The notes: generated by a model not told the origin, from the letters alone. Positions 1 through 9,764 are shown, counted from the first letter of the stretch. The stretch is 50,171 bases of DNA from Myxococcales bacterium (GCA_025355005.1 JANXLV010000011.1:1-50171); one strand, 5' to 3'. Program-made: numbers and translations.

Positions 1-2
1 GG

Positions 3-701
3 ATGGGCCCCCTTCCGACCAGCAGCAATTACATCATTCCCGCTCCCTGGAACCCGACCCAGCCAGGCCAGCCGGGCCAGCCGGGCCAGCCGGGCCAACC
101 GGGCCTGCAGCCGGGGCAGCAGCCTCCCTGGCAGCCGAACCCAATCCCGGGCCAACCCGGCGCCGGCCAGCCTGGATATCCGCAGCCCGGTCAACCAGGC
201 GTGTACCCACAGGCCGGGCAGCCCGGATACCCGCAGCCAGGACAGCCCGGCATGTATCCGACCCAGCCGACCCAGCCCGGCCAGCCGACCCAGCCTGGTC
301 AGCCCGCTCAGCCTGTCTACCCGACCCAGCCTGGCCAGCCGCAGTACCCAGGGCAGCCCGCACAGCCGCAGGCGGGTCAACCTGGTTACCCCTATCCAAA
401 CCAGCCCGGTCAGCCTCAGCCTGGACAGCCTCAGCCTGGCCAACCCGGCAATACTCCGGGAAACCAGGTCGTGGCACCAGGCAACCCAGCGCCTCCTCCC
501 GGCTCCGCCTCGGCGCACACGACCCAAGGCGGGTTCATCACCAGCGAGCGCCGCGCGGTGGATGCTCTGGCCTCTGGCGATGCGCCGCTTGCCCTCGCCC
601 TGTACGCCCAGCTCATGCGTGAGCATCCCGAGAACCCCGTCTTTGCGGATGCGGTCCGGATCCTCAGCGCACGTGTTGATGCCGGCGCCCCCATACGCTG
701 A
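3..701 (+). CDS. Pro/Gln-rich low-complexity repeat protein, C-terminal part (gene runs off the 5' window edge); TPR-like helical C-terminus
   Basis: ORF open to the window start. Long [15 protein letters not shown] repeat run followed by a non-repetitive helical tail ([23 protein letters not shown]). High GC3 in this frame. Confidence 0.5.
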   Translation: MGPLPTSSNYIIPAPWNPTQPGQPGQPGQPGQPGLQPGQQPPWQPNPIPGQPGAGQPGYPQPGQPGVYPQAGQPGYPQPGQPGMYPTQPTQPGQPTQPGQPAQPVYPTQPGQPQYPGQPAQPQAGQPGYPYPNQPGQPQPGQPQPGQPGNTPGNQVVAPGNPAPPPGSASAHTTQGGFITSERRAVDALASGDAPLALALYAQLMREHPENPVFADAVRILSARVDAGAPIR

Positions 702-1079
702 GCTGGTACGGCTGAGCTCCGCTGAGAGTTGCCCGGGAGCTGGCCGGCGTGGAGATGTAGTCAGTATGGCTACATTTCCACGCAATGGCCCCGGGCTTCT
801 CAGGATCCGTGGGCCTTCGGAGGGCGTAGCCCCCTGGTGGTGGGGGGCGAGACCCGCATGGACCAGAGGGATCCACGCGATACCTCAATGCGACGCCAGC
901 GCTCGCCCGAGGAAATCGGGACCTCGGGTTGGGCTGGAAGTGGTTCCATCCAAGGGATCAGGCAGGATCCACCGAGGGGTGTCGCGTGCCGGTATCACCA
1001 GGGAAAATTCAATGATTACGGATAAAGACACCCGGGCGCATCCTGTGCATGCCTTTCACCCCTTGGGAGAATTTGCCTG

Positions 1080-2333
1080 ATGAAAACCTCGCGAAATGTG
1101 CGCTCCATCTTGGTCTTCTCCACCATCCTGACCGGTGTAGTAGGGGCCTTTGTCGCCTGCGGCGATGGTGGGGGCGATGGGAACTTCAACGGGTATGATC
1201 CCAACCATCCCCCTGGTGGCGGAGAGGGCGGAACAGCTGGCGGCGAGGGGGGCGGGCCCGGAACGGGCGGCGTTGACCCTGCCGAAGCGCTCTATCGCCT
1301 CTTGGAGAAGGATCTTGTTACGAAATGTGGCGGTCCCGGTGGCGGTTGCCACGTGAGCGCGACCTCGTTCTCGACCGCTCCCAAGTTCCTTGCGGCGCCC
1401 GACTCCTACAAGTCAATCAAGGCCTTTACGGGGATCGTCGTGAAGGACGTTTTCACGAGCGCTATCATCACGAAAGGCGTTCACGAGGGCGGCAGCATCT
1501 ACGACGACGGCAGCGACGCCGGGACCTCTCTGGGCAAGCGCGTGGAGGCGTGGCTTTACCAGGAATCCGCCGAGCTCCAGGCCATCAAGCGCCCCACGAC
1601 GGACCCCTTCGCGGTCACCATCGGCGCCGATAATGATGTGGACTTGAGCAAGCTTGCGACCGGCGTGACCGGCGTTCACCTGAAGTTCAAGGCGCAGCTG
1701 GTCGGTACGACCCTCGAGCTCACGAATGTCTCGCTCACGACAGCGGCGGGCTCTGGCGTCCACCTTCAGCACCCGATCTTCTACCGAGTGCCTGCAAAGA
1801 AGGCGAATCCTGCGGATCCCGACAACCAGGACCCGCAGGATACTTTCTCGAATACGGATGTGACCGTGTCCGGCGGCGCCACCACGCCACTGCCGGTTCC
1901 CTTTGCGATCTTCAGCGGTTTCGACCCCTGGATGCCGACGGACAAGCTCCGTATCGAGGCCTACAAGCTCGAAGCGGGCATCGTGAAGGAAGCAGCCGTC
2001 GCTGCAATGTGCAGCAATCCCACGAACTTCCAGAACATGGTCGCCCCGTCGTTGACCGGCGCGGGCAACAGCGCACCTCTCAACTGCTTGAATTGCCACA
2101 ACGCCGGCGGCAGCGGCAACGGCGCGCTCAATCTCTCGGGCCTCGGAAATACGAAGGACTACCCCGGTGCTTGCGCGGCCGTTCTGAACAAGATCGACAA
2201 GACCACGCCCATGAACAGCCGGATCATCCAGAAGCTCGATGGAACGATGGGCCACGCTGGTGGCGCCGTTACCAACAAGGCTGGCTGGCAGACCGACTGG
2301 AAGGGCTTCATCATGGGCGGTACCATTTTCTAG
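1080..2333 (+). CDS. Secreted lipoprotein with CXXCH (CLNCH) and CX6CH motifs; possible N-terminal half of a DUF1592/DUF1595-type PSCyt-like protein
   Basis: ATG preceded by GGGAGA. Signal peptide plus lipobox (FVAC-G). Heme-binding-type motif CLNCHN and a second C(x6)CH (KCGGPGGGCH). Co-directional and tightly spaced with the next three genes. Confidence 0.7.
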   Translation: MKTSRNVRSILVFSTILTGVVGAFVACGDGGGDGNFNGYDPNHPPGGGEGGTAGGEGGGPGTGGVDPAEALYRLLEKDLVTKCGGPGGGCHVSATSFSTAPKFLAAPDSYKSIKAFTGIVVKDVFTSAIITKGVHEGGSIYDDGSDAGTSLGKRVEAWLYQESAELQAIKRPTTDPFAVTIGADNDVDLSKLATGVTGVHLKFKAQLVGTTLELTNVSLTTAAGSGVHLQHPIFYRVPAKKANPADPDNQDPQDTFSNTDVTVSGGATTPLPVPFAIFSGFDPWMPTDKLRIEAYKLEAGIVKEAAVAAMCSNPTNFQNMVAPSLTGAGNSAPLNCLNCHNAGGSGNGALNLSGLGNTKDYPGACAAVLNKIDKTTPMNSRIIQKLDGTMGHAGGAVTNKAGWQTDWKGFIMGGTIF

Positions 2334-2438
2334 TCAGACTCTAATCGCAGCCCTGCTCCAAAGATGGAGCGGTAGTTGCTTTATGTTCAACCACGCAGAC
2401 AGCATGTTGCTGGCCGCAGATGGAAAGGTAGGGAGACG

Positions 2439-3698
2439 ATGCGACGAGGCTCATGGCAGCAAGGCCGGAACGGCGCACTCGGCATCGCATTCGCGCTCGG
2501 CTTGGCCGCGTGCGGCGGTGGCGACAGCTCGGACCAGCTCAATAACGGGACGGGTGCAACCGACCCCAACGCGCCCGGCTCCGTCAATCCGAGCCCTGGG
2601 GGCTCAACCCCTGGCGGTGGTACCGGTGGTGGCGCAACGCCGACCCCGACCCCCGTCCTCGACACCCGCGTGGTCGACTACGGCGAGGCGCTCCGAATCG
2701 CGAGCCTCAAGCTGACCGGCGACCTTCCGACGCTCGACCAGATCAATGAGATCGGTTCGGCGGCGGATGCGAAGACGGCGAAGGCGGCGTACGAGAAGGA
2801 TGTCGACGCGATGATCGCTGACAAGCGATTCACCGCGATGATGATTCAGTGGTGGCGTGACACGCTCAAGACCGGTGGGCCTCCCCCCGCGATGGGCATG
2901 CCGAGCTTCGACACGGCGGCGACATTCGCTGCAGAGGTCGTCATCAACGACCGTCCGTATTCGGACCTCTTCACGGCCGCGACCAACACGTGCCCGACCT
3001 ATACGGCGGCCACGAACGCCTTCGCGGATGCAGCCTGCACGGGCACGCAGCCGACGGCCGGTCTCCTCTCGGACCCGGGCATCCAGGCCCAGTACTTCTC
3101 CAACATGGCGATGCGCCGAACGCGCTTCATCCAGGAGACGTTCGTCTGCTCCAAGATGCCGGCGGAGTTCTCGAGCACGCCGAAGGCGATGGGCGCCGGT
3201 TCCTATACCAGCCCCTGGAACTTCAACAGCATCACGGGCGGCACCACGGCGAAGATCAACTTCCTCGACACGTCCGCTGTCATCTGCGCGAACTGCCACA
3301 CGACCATGAACCACATGGCTCCGCTGCTTGGTCACTTCGACGGCAAGGGTGTGTACGACGGCACCAAGTTCGCCGTCCTCGTCCCCGTCCCCGGAAACCC
3401 CGCCGCGCAGCTTCAGGATTGGCTCCCCGCCTCCGAAGGTTTCGCATGGCGTAACGGAGTCACCGTCACGGACATCCCGAGCCTTGGCGCTGCCATCGCG
3501 AAGGATCCGGTCGTCGCCACCTGCGCGGTCAACCGCGTGTGGAACTGGGCGATGTCTCGCGGCGATGTCGTGAACGATCTGGCTACGGTGCCTCTCACCG
3601 TTACCCAGCAGTACGTTGCGGACTTCAACAAGAACGGTCAGAAGCTCAAGGCCACCATCGCGGCGGTCTACAAGAGCGATGACTTCGTGAAGTTCTAA
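2439..3698 (+). CDS. Secreted lipoprotein with CXXCH (CANCH); DUF1588/DUF1585-like
   Basis: Internal ATG at codon 22 of ORF 2376..3698, preceded by GGGAGA. Signal peptide with lipobox (LAAC-GG). Motif CANCHTTMNHMAPLLGHFDGKG resembles the C-terminal CXXCH block of planctomycete-type DUF1588 proteins. Confidence 0.7.
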   Translation: MRRGSWQQGRNGALGIAFALGLAACGGGDSSDQLNNGTGATDPNAPGSVNPSPGGSTPGGGTGGGATPTPTPVLDTRVVDYGEALRIASLKLTGDLPTLDQINEIGSAADAKTAKAAYEKDVDAMIADKRFTAMMIQWWRDTLKTGGPPPAMGMPSFDTAATFAAEVVINDRPYSDLFTAATNTCPTYTAATNAFADAACTGTQPTAGLLSDPGIQAQYFSNMAMRRTRFIQETFVCSKMPAEFSSTPKAMGAGSYTSPWNFNSITGGTTAKINFLDTSAVICANCHTTMNHMAPLLGHFDGKGVYDGTKFAVLVPVPGNPAAQLQDWLPASEGFAWRNGVTVTDIPSLGAAIAKDPVVATCAVNRVWNWAMSRGDVVNDLATVPLTVTQQYVADFNKNGQKLKATIAAVYKSDDFVKF

Positions 3699-3724
3699 CC
3701 AGGGAAGGGAGAAGAGGAAAAATC

Positions 3725-4444
3725 ATGAAAAAACTTGCTCTCACCCTGATCAGCTCGGCGCTCCTAGTGCTCGCCGGCTGCGACGGAACCAACGACTCAC
3801 TCAGCAATGGCGGCGGTGCAGAATCCGTCGCCACCAACACGGACCAAGCCGGCGGCGGCGGTCCCAACGGCGAGAACCACAGCCAGGACCCGAACGGTGC
3901 GGACCCTACCGCTCCCTTCGCGGCCCCGGACCCTGCTCAGAAGCGGGTGGATGACGCGACCTCGGGCTCGCCCGAGACCATCGCTCGCCTCCACTCCTGC
4001 GGCAAGGTCACCGTGCAGTCCCTTTCGTCGATCCTCGCTACGCGCGGTGTCAACGTGAACGGCGGCGCGGGCTCGGCAGGTGGCATCTACAAGGCGGGTC
4101 TCGCGACCCTCGGCCAGGCGAACTACGCCAGCCGCGTTCCGGAGGCTTCGTTCGCGACTGCTTCTGGTATGACCAAGCAGATGGACATCTTCGCTGCTGC
4201 ATCGACCGAAGTCTCCAATGCGGCCTGGGCTCCGACGGGTTGCACGTCGGGCGGTATGCCGGTGAAGCTGTTCGATGCTTCGGGCGCCTTCACGAAAGAC
4301 GGCATCTCGTGCCTTCTCGGTAAGCCGGCGCGCCAAGAGCACGTCGACCTCGCGAACGCCGCCGTCACTCAGGCATCCACCCCCGCGATTGGCAAGAACA
4401 TCGCGATTTCCGCGCTCCTTTCGGCTGCGCACACCTGCGAATAA
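3725..4444 (+). CDS. Lipoprotein of unknown function
   Basis: Strong RBS (GGAGAAGAGGA). Signal peptide with lipobox LAGC-DG. In the operon between the DUF1588-like and DUF1552-like genes. Confidence 0.65.
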   Translation: MKKLALTLISSALLVLAGCDGTNDSLSNGGGAESVATNTDQAGGGGPNGENHSQDPNGADPTAPFAAPDPAQKRVDDATSGSPETIARLHSCGKVTVQSLSSILATRGVNVNGGAGSAGGIYKAGLATLGQANYASRVPEASFATASGMTKQMDIFAAASTEVSNAAWAPTGCTSGGMPVKLFDASGAFTKDGISCLLGKPARQEHVDLANAAVTQASTPAIGKNIAISALLSAAHTCE

Positions 4445-4456
4445 GGAGTCACGACC

Positions 4457-5851
4457 ATGGGCATCGACGATCGTTTGAAAGACCTTCGAGGCACGGGCCG
4501 CCGCGACTTCATGAAGTGGAGCGCGACCCTGGCCGCCGTGCTCGGTCTCGAGCGTGCTCGCTTCCTCAATGTCATGAATGACATGGGCGGCAGCGCACTC
4601 GCGGACAACACCTCCTGCACCAAGAGCTTGAGGTCGTTCCACCTGGTCGCCGGCAACGGTGGCTTCGCGTGGTTCAACCTTCTGTTCCCGCAGAACGTCA
4701 TCGCCAAGGGCACGGACCCGAACTACTCGTTCCACGCGCTTGGTAAGGCCACGAAGTCCACGCTGACGGACAACGAGCTCTACTACGCACCGGAGAGCCC
4801 GTTCCAGAAGCTCGGCAAGAAGTTCCAGGTCACGGCGTACATGGCCGGCACCAACGAGACGCATACGTCGACGCCCGCGTCGGCCGCTACGCCCTCGGGC
4901 ACCGCGAGCATGCTCGCAGGTATCGCCGCCATCCAGCAGTCGGACCCGACGCTTCTCCCCGTCATCGCGATCAACCCGTTCACGTTCGGCGCAGCTCCTG
5001 GAGCTCCGGCGACCGCGGCGGTCGGAAACGCGGCGGGCCTCGTCGACCTCTTCAACAGTGCTGCGTCCAAGACGCTGCTCGCGGTGCCCGGCGATGCCGC
5101 GCTCCACGAGGCCTACTACAAGGCTTTCCTCGGCCTCAACCGCGCCGCCGGTCGCTCGACCGTCGCGAAGGGCTACGAGACCGGCAAGGTCGCAGCGAAC
5201 CTCCTCGGAAAGAACCTTTCCGATGCGCTTCGTCCGACGACCGCTGACGACGCTGCCTACGGCATCGTTGCCGGCACGCCGACGAACGTGCTCGAGATCG
5301 CACACTCGATCATCACGGGCATCAAGGCGTTCAAGCTGGGCTTGACCTCCTCGATTATCATCCCCGCTATGCGCGACGACCCGCACGGAGCGTTCGCTGG
5401 TGGTGATGCGATGCCGACCGCCATGGCCGCGCGCCTCGGGAAGATCTTCGACGCGATGATGGCAGATGCATCCGCGTCCCCCGATCCGAGCTGCTCGTCC
5501 AAGTCGCTCGCCGACAACATCATGTTCACCATCCACGGTGACACTCCGAAGACGCCGCTCAGCCGTAACGGCTGGGGCGACGGTACGCCGAAGAACTCGA
5601 ACTGGCTGTACGTCATGGGCAACGGCTACCTGAAGACCGGCTGGTTCGGCGGCGTCAACGCCGACCAAACCACCGACGGCTTCGACCCTGCAACGGGTAA
5701 CACCGTTCCCGGCCAGGCCAGCTCTGTGACTGCGGCGAACGCAGCGACCGCGGCACTCTACGCGGCAGCAAAGGGCGACTCCCGCCGCGTCCAGGACTTC
5801 TCGCGCGCCGTAATCGACGGCCTCGTGAATCCGCTCGCATCGGTGCAGTGA
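4457..5851 (+). CDS. TAT-signal secreted protein, DUF1552-like (usual partner of DUF1588/DUF1592 proteins)
   Basis: RBS AAGGAG 8 nt upstream. Twin-arginine motif GRRDFMKWSATLAAVLG at the N-terminus. 464 aa, the typical size of DUF1552. Adjacent to DUF1588-like genes as in planctomycete/verrucomicrobial loci. Confidence 0.75.
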   Translation: MGIDDRLKDLRGTGRRDFMKWSATLAAVLGLERARFLNVMNDMGGSALADNTSCTKSLRSFHLVAGNGGFAWFNLLFPQNVIAKGTDPNYSFHALGKATKSTLTDNELYYAPESPFQKLGKKFQVTAYMAGTNETHTSTPASAATPSGTASMLAGIAAIQQSDPTLLPVIAINPFTFGAAPGAPATAAVGNAAGLVDLFNSAASKTLLAVPGDAALHEAYYKAFLGLNRAAGRSTVAKGYETGKVAANLLGKNLSDALRPTTADDAAYGIVAGTPTNVLEIAHSIITGIKAFKLGLTSSIIIPAMRDDPHGAFAGGDAMPTAMAARLGKIFDAMMADASASPDPSCSSKSLADNIMFTIHGDTPKTPLSRNGWGDGTPKNSNWLYVMGNGYLKTGWFGGVNADQTTDGFDPATGNTVPGQASSVTAANAATAALYAAAKGDSRRVQDFSRAVIDGLVNPLASVQ

Positions 5852-5855
5852 CGGC

Positions 5856-5884
5856 CAGTGACGATACCGCAGTGACGATACCGC
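5856..5884. repeat. Tandem direct repeat (c)agtgacgataccgc x2, plus a partial third copy overlapping the upstream stop codon
   Basis: Read directly from the sequence in the convergent intergenic region 5852..6075. Confidence 0.6.
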
Positions 5885-5976
5885 CTGGCCACTGAGCGCT
5901 TCGCGCTGGTGGTCAGATGGGAGAGGGACCGACCCCCAGGGAGCTCACGCTCACTGGGGGTTCGCGTTTAAGCGGC

Positions 5977-6006
5977 GTCAACGTCAACATCAACGTCAAC
6001 GTCAAC
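5977..6006. repeat. Hexanucleotide tandem repeat (gtcaac)x5, one copy atcaac
   Basis: gtcaacgtcaacatcaacgtcaacgtcaac in the convergent intergenic region. Confidence 0.7.
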
Positions 6007-6075
6007 GAGCATCGGCAACGGCTCCCGGCAGGTCGAGATGCGCCGCCGTCTATGCGTGTGTGCTCGCGCCCTGGG

Positions 6076-6630
6076 TCAGGGTTGGGTCTTGGCTTTGTCG
6101 CAGAAGGACTTGTCGTTGGTGCCCAGGGCGACGGTCGGATCTTGCGGGAGGCGGAGCCACGCGGTGATGCAGCGGTAGGGCGCGCTCTCTTTTGCGAAGA
6201 GGGCGCCGCCCTTGTGTCGCTCGAGGTTCATCGCCTTGCGGAGGAAGAGCAGGATGTCGGCGTTCTGCCCGTTCTGCGCCATCACGCGGTTGAACGTCTC
6301 GGGCTCGACGGAGATGAGGGCGAAGTAGTTCGCGTTGATCTCTTCTTGCGTCGTCTGCTGGATGCCCGGGATCAGGCCTGCTTCCTGGCTGTAGAGCCGG
6401 AGGCCGCGGAAGCCGTACACGCGGAAGCCGCGGCCGGGCTCACCATGGCAGTCGAGCGTGCCGCACTGCTTCTCGATGTAGGGGTCGACCGAGTCACGGA
6501 ACGCCGGGTAATTCGGGCCGATCAGCGCGGTGAATCGCTTGTCGTCGGGGACCGATGCGCACGACACCGCGGCCGTTGCGCTGGAGAGCGCGCCGAGCCC
6601 GACGGCGAGCGTGAACATGCCCATGAGCAT
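6076..6630 (-). CDS. Lipoprotein with CX4CH motif (QCGTLDCHG), unknown function; paralogous to domains in the genes at 1080 and 10369
   Basis: Start moved to internal ATG (MLMGMFTLAVGLGALSSATAAVSCAS) by codon arithmetic; the N-terminal extension of the ORF is Arg/Pro-rich junk. Signal peptide plus lipobox. Confidence 0.6.
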   Translation of the reverse strand: MLMGMFTLAVGLGALSSATAAVSCASVPDDKRFTALIGPNYPAFRDSVDPYIEKQCGTLDCHGEPGRGFRVYGFRGLRLYSQEAGLIPGIQQTTQEEINANYFALISVEPETFNRVMAQNGQNADILLFLRKAMNLERHKGGALFAKESAPYRCITAWLRLPQDPTVALGTNDKSFCDKAKTQP

Positions 6631-6680
6631 CTTCGTCTTGATGGTCCTGCCGGACTTGCCGGGATCGCTGGAGGTGTTCA

Positions 6681-7349
6681 CTAGAAAAGATCCTCCGGGC
6701 ACACGAGGGGTGGGTCGGGCTCGACGGCGGGTGGGCACTGCACCGGCGAGTTTGGCGGGTTCTGGTTCACAGCCACGTGGCCTGGCGAGTCGAAGAACGA
6801 CGGATCCTTGTGGCAGTTCGCGCACGATGGCTCACGCCCCACGTGCCCGACCATCGCGACGACGGGCTGGTTGCCAGTGCCAGAGGTCTTCTGCACGCTC
6901 ACGAGGAAGGGGAATTTGAGGCCTTTCGCGCCGAGCCGGTCGGGCGTCGCGCGGAAGTTACCCATGCAGTTGGTGACGAAGCAGAGGTTTGCGTTATCGG
7001 CGGTGAGGATGCGCACGAACGCCTGGTCCACCGGTACCGGCACCTTCGGGTTCGCCGGGTCGTACTTCTGATAGAAGACGGTGCCTGCGATCGCGAACAC
7101 GTTCTTCGCGGGACCCTCGCCGCCGTGACAGACGGTGCACGGCTGCCCGCCGCGGTGATACTGGCCCGCGGGAATGTTCGGGTCCTCGCCGCCGAGCGCC
7201 TTGACCTGGCCGTCGTGTACCGGGTCGAGCGAGCAGCTGGAAGCAAACGAGGCGACGATGGCGAGCGCGGCCATCGAGAGACTGGCCTGCACCAGGCGCT
7301 CGTTTTGGGGCATCGCGGAGTGGGCTTTGGGTTCGGTGTTGCTGCGCAT
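6681..7349 (-). CDS. Diheme c-type cytochrome lipoprotein (two CXXCH)
   Basis: CTVCHGG and CANCHKD motifs. Signal peptide with lipobox (FASSC-S). GGAG RBS before ATG 7349; alternative ATG at 7313. The start abuts the stop of the upstream 768-aa gene. Confidence 0.7.
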   Translation of the reverse strand: MRSNTEPKAHSAMPQNERLVQASLSMAALAIVASFASSCSLDPVHDGQVKALGGEDPNIPAGQYHRGGQPCTVCHGGEGPAKNVFAIAGTVFYQKYDPANPKVPVPVDQAFVRILTADNANLCFVTNCMGNFRATPDRLGAKGLKFPFLVSVQKTSGTGNQPVVAMVGHVGREPSCANCHKDPSFFDSPGHVAVNQNPPNSPVQCPPAVEPDPPLVCPEDLF

Positions 7350-7351
7350 GA

Positions 7352-9658
7352 CTAGAACTCCACGTCGAACGCTACGGTCCCGTACACACCAGTACGCGTG
7401 GTGACGAAAAGAGATTTCAAGAAGCGCGTGTACATGACGTCGCCCGCGAGATTGAGGCCGTACTGCACCTCGCCCTCCGGGTTGCCGAGCGCGATGCGTG
7501 CGCCGCCGCCGCCGGTGACCGTGATGAGCGGCGCGAGCTCGCGGTCGCCGGAGCGGTACGTCGGCAGGAGGAGCGTGCCGCCCTGATCCACGAAGCCGCT
7601 GTACGCGAGCTGGTAGAAATTAGTGCCTGTTTGACCGTGAAAACGCAGGTGCGGCCACACGCGAAGGTGCTTGGAGAGGTCGACCATGTAGCGCGCGTCC
7701 GTGGACGACGCCTTGGTCTGCCAGCTGTCGAAGTAGATGCGCTCTTCGATGCGGAACGTGGAGCTGCCCAACCGCTTGTTGTAGCGGCCGCCGACGGCGA
7801 AGCGATCGCGCTCCGTGGGCAGCTGCTCGAGCGGGCGCGGGGGCAGGCGGACGCGATTCACCAGGTCGACCGTGGCGCCGGTGGGCACGAACGGCGCGAC
7901 GCCTTGCGGATCGAAGATGGGGACGTAGCGATAGGGCTTCGACTGATCGCCGCGCTCGAACTGCGCGGTCCCTCCCACCAGAAGGATCGACGTGGGCGAG
8001 AGCACGAACGTCGTGCTCGCCTCGATCTCATGCGTGGTGAGGACGCCCTTGTGATCAGGGTCGATGTCACCGAGCCAGTTACCCGCGAACAGACCACTCG
8101 AGCCCGGGCCAGCGGGACCGCGGCCGATCTTGTCGTAGCTGAACGAATACGAGAGACGTGGCGTGCTGAGCTTGTCGTTCACGTCCGCCGTGACCGCGAG
8201 GCCGACGGTGGTCGACAGGTAGTCGGGCTCGCTCGAGACGTTGAAGTTCGCCTGCGCACCGTAGAGCCCAGGCTTGTAGCCGCCCGTGATTCCGCCTGCG
8301 TGGCGAGCCTCGTGGAACGGCGGGGATGCCTCCGACACGAGGTCGGGCGAGGCCGCGCTGACGACGTCCAGGATGTAGTGGCCGCCCACGTTCCAGCCCG
8401 ACGTTGGCGAGATGACCGCTGCGTTGATGCCGGGCGTGACGACGTTGACGTGGTTTGTGTCGGAGTAGGCGCTGAAGTCCGCGCCGACCTTGATGACGAG
8501 GTTCTTGCGATTCTGGGGGAGGCACTTCTGCACCTCCTCCTGGTTTTTCGCCTGGAGCATGCACTGGATCTGCGGGCCCGTGATGATCTTGGAGCTCTGC
8601 GACGGCTTCAGCGTGAGGCGGACCGTGATGAGGTCCTTCTCCTTTACCTCGAGCTCTTCCTCGTACGTGGCGGGGAAGCCGTTGACCGTGCCTTCGGCGA
8701 GGACGGTGTGCTTGCCGGGATCGATCGAGAACTTCTTGGTGAGCGCCTCGGTCGGGACCTGGCGGTCGTCGAACTTGACGGACAGGTCCGTGACGCCAGC
8801 GGGGGGCGCGAACGTCACGTGAGGGATGCGCTCGATGAGCTCCTTCACGCGGTTGCGCGACACCTTCATCACGCCCGCATCCTTCTTCGCGATGCCGACC
8901 TCAAGCGCCTTCTGCGCGTCACGGAGCGCGTCGACGAGCTTGTTTGCGCGCGACTCGCACGACGCGAGGTGGAGGCGCGTGCGGGGCTGCTCCTCGGCCT
9001 TGAGTGATGCTTTGTCCTTCTCGATGCACTCGTCCAGCTTGCCGTCCTGATCGGCCTTGAGGCCTTCGAGGGCGAGCTTGAATGCGTCGACGCTGGTCCA
9101 GCCAGGCGGAGCCTTGCCTCCGGGGTTCTCCTCCGGCGGCGGGTCTCCACCACCACCTCCGCCAGCGCCGCCCGCGGTCGAAGCGGCGCCGGACACCGCG
9201 GCCTTCACGTCGGCGAACTGCTGCTTGATGTTGGGAGTGGCGCCGCTCGACGGGAGCTTTGCGTCCGCGTCAGCCTTGATCGCCGTCTCGAAGTTGGTCT
9301 TCGCTTCGTCCGCGTTGCCGAACTGCGACGCGACCATGCCGAGCGCGATGTAGATCTGCGCCTTCGTGGGGGCGGAGCAGCCCTTCTTCAAACAGCCAGA
9401 AAGAAGCTCGTTCAGCTTGGTCTTGGCTGGGCCGAGGTTCGCCGGGTACTCCTCGGTCATGATCTGCTGGAGCTGATCGGACGTCGCGTCGGCCATCGCC
9501 ACACGCGGAGCAAACGCGACCACGCTCGCTACGAGGACGCACAGCGCGAAGAGCGCAAGCCGAGCCGAGCCGACTCTCGCGCTGCGAGGGGTGGCTGCTC
9601 GACGCGAACGTCGATCACGAGACAAAGGTGCCCTATGGGCACGGGGCGTCCGATTCAC
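7352..9658 (-). CDS. Large outer-membrane protein: signal peptide, TPR-like N-terminal region, C-terminal beta-barrel ending in F (DUF3570-like)
   Basis: 768 aa. Arg-rich n-region followed by a hydrophobic signal. The C-terminal half has alternating amphipathic strands and the terminal residues ...VAFDVEF, typical of OM beta-barrels. The exact start is uncertain (GTG 9658, or an in-frame TTG downstream). Confidence 0.7.
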   Translation of the reverse strand: MNRTPRAHRAPLSRDRRSRRAATPRSARVGSARLALFALCVLVASVVAFAPRVAMADATSDQLQQIMTEEYPANLGPAKTKLNELLSGCLKKGCSAPTKAQIYIALGMVASQFGNADEAKTNFETAIKADADAKLPSSGATPNIKQQFADVKAAVSGAASTAGGAGGGGGGDPPPEENPGGKAPPGWTSVDAFKLALEGLKADQDGKLDECIEKDKASLKAEEQPRTRLHLASCESRANKLVDALRDAQKALEVGIAKKDAGVMKVSRNRVKELIERIPHVTFAPPAGVTDLSVKFDDRQVPTEALTKKFSIDPGKHTVLAEGTVNGFPATYEEELEVKEKDLITVRLTLKPSQSSKIITGPQIQCMLQAKNQEEVQKCLPQNRKNLVIKVGADFSAYSDTNHVNVVTPGINAAVISPTSGWNVGGHYILDVVSAASPDLVSEASPPFHEARHAGGITGGYKPGLYGAQANFNVSSEPDYLSTTVGLAVTADVNDKLSTPRLSYSFSYDKIGRGPAGPGSSGLFAGNWLGDIDPDHKGVLTTHEIEASTTFVLSPTSILLVGGTAQFERGDQSKPYRYVPIFDPQGVAPFVPTGATVDLVNRVRLPPRPLEQLPTERDRFAVGGRYNKRLGSSTFRIEERIYFDSWQTKASSTDARYMVDLSKHLRVWPHLRFHGQTGTNFYQLAYSGFVDQGGTLLLPTYRSGDRELAPLITVTGGGGARIALGNPEGEVQYGLNLAGDVMYTRFLKSLFVTTRTGVYGTVAFDVEF

Positions 9659-9764
9659 GCGTGTAACGTACCTTGGTTGCGTGGGTTTTACGTTTGGATT
9701 TTATGGCGAGGGGGCGGGGTTCACCCACCTGAAGTGCTTCTCGCTTGCTGACTCGGCGGAATGA

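Noticed and set aside
3-701. True collagen triple-helix domain in the first ORF
   Set aside because: Gly is not maintained at every third position over long stretches (e.g. [42 protein letters not shown]). It is better described as a Pro/Gln-rich low-complexity linker.
3797-5668. 623-aa minus-strand ORF
   Set aside because: It is antisense to the lipoprotein and DUF1552-like genes, which have strong RBSs and signal peptides. The composition is Arg/Gly/Ala-rich junk.
7631-9007. 458-aa plus-strand ORF
   Set aside because: It is antisense to the 768-aa OMP gene, whose C-terminal beta-barrel signature and signal peptide support the minus-strand reading.
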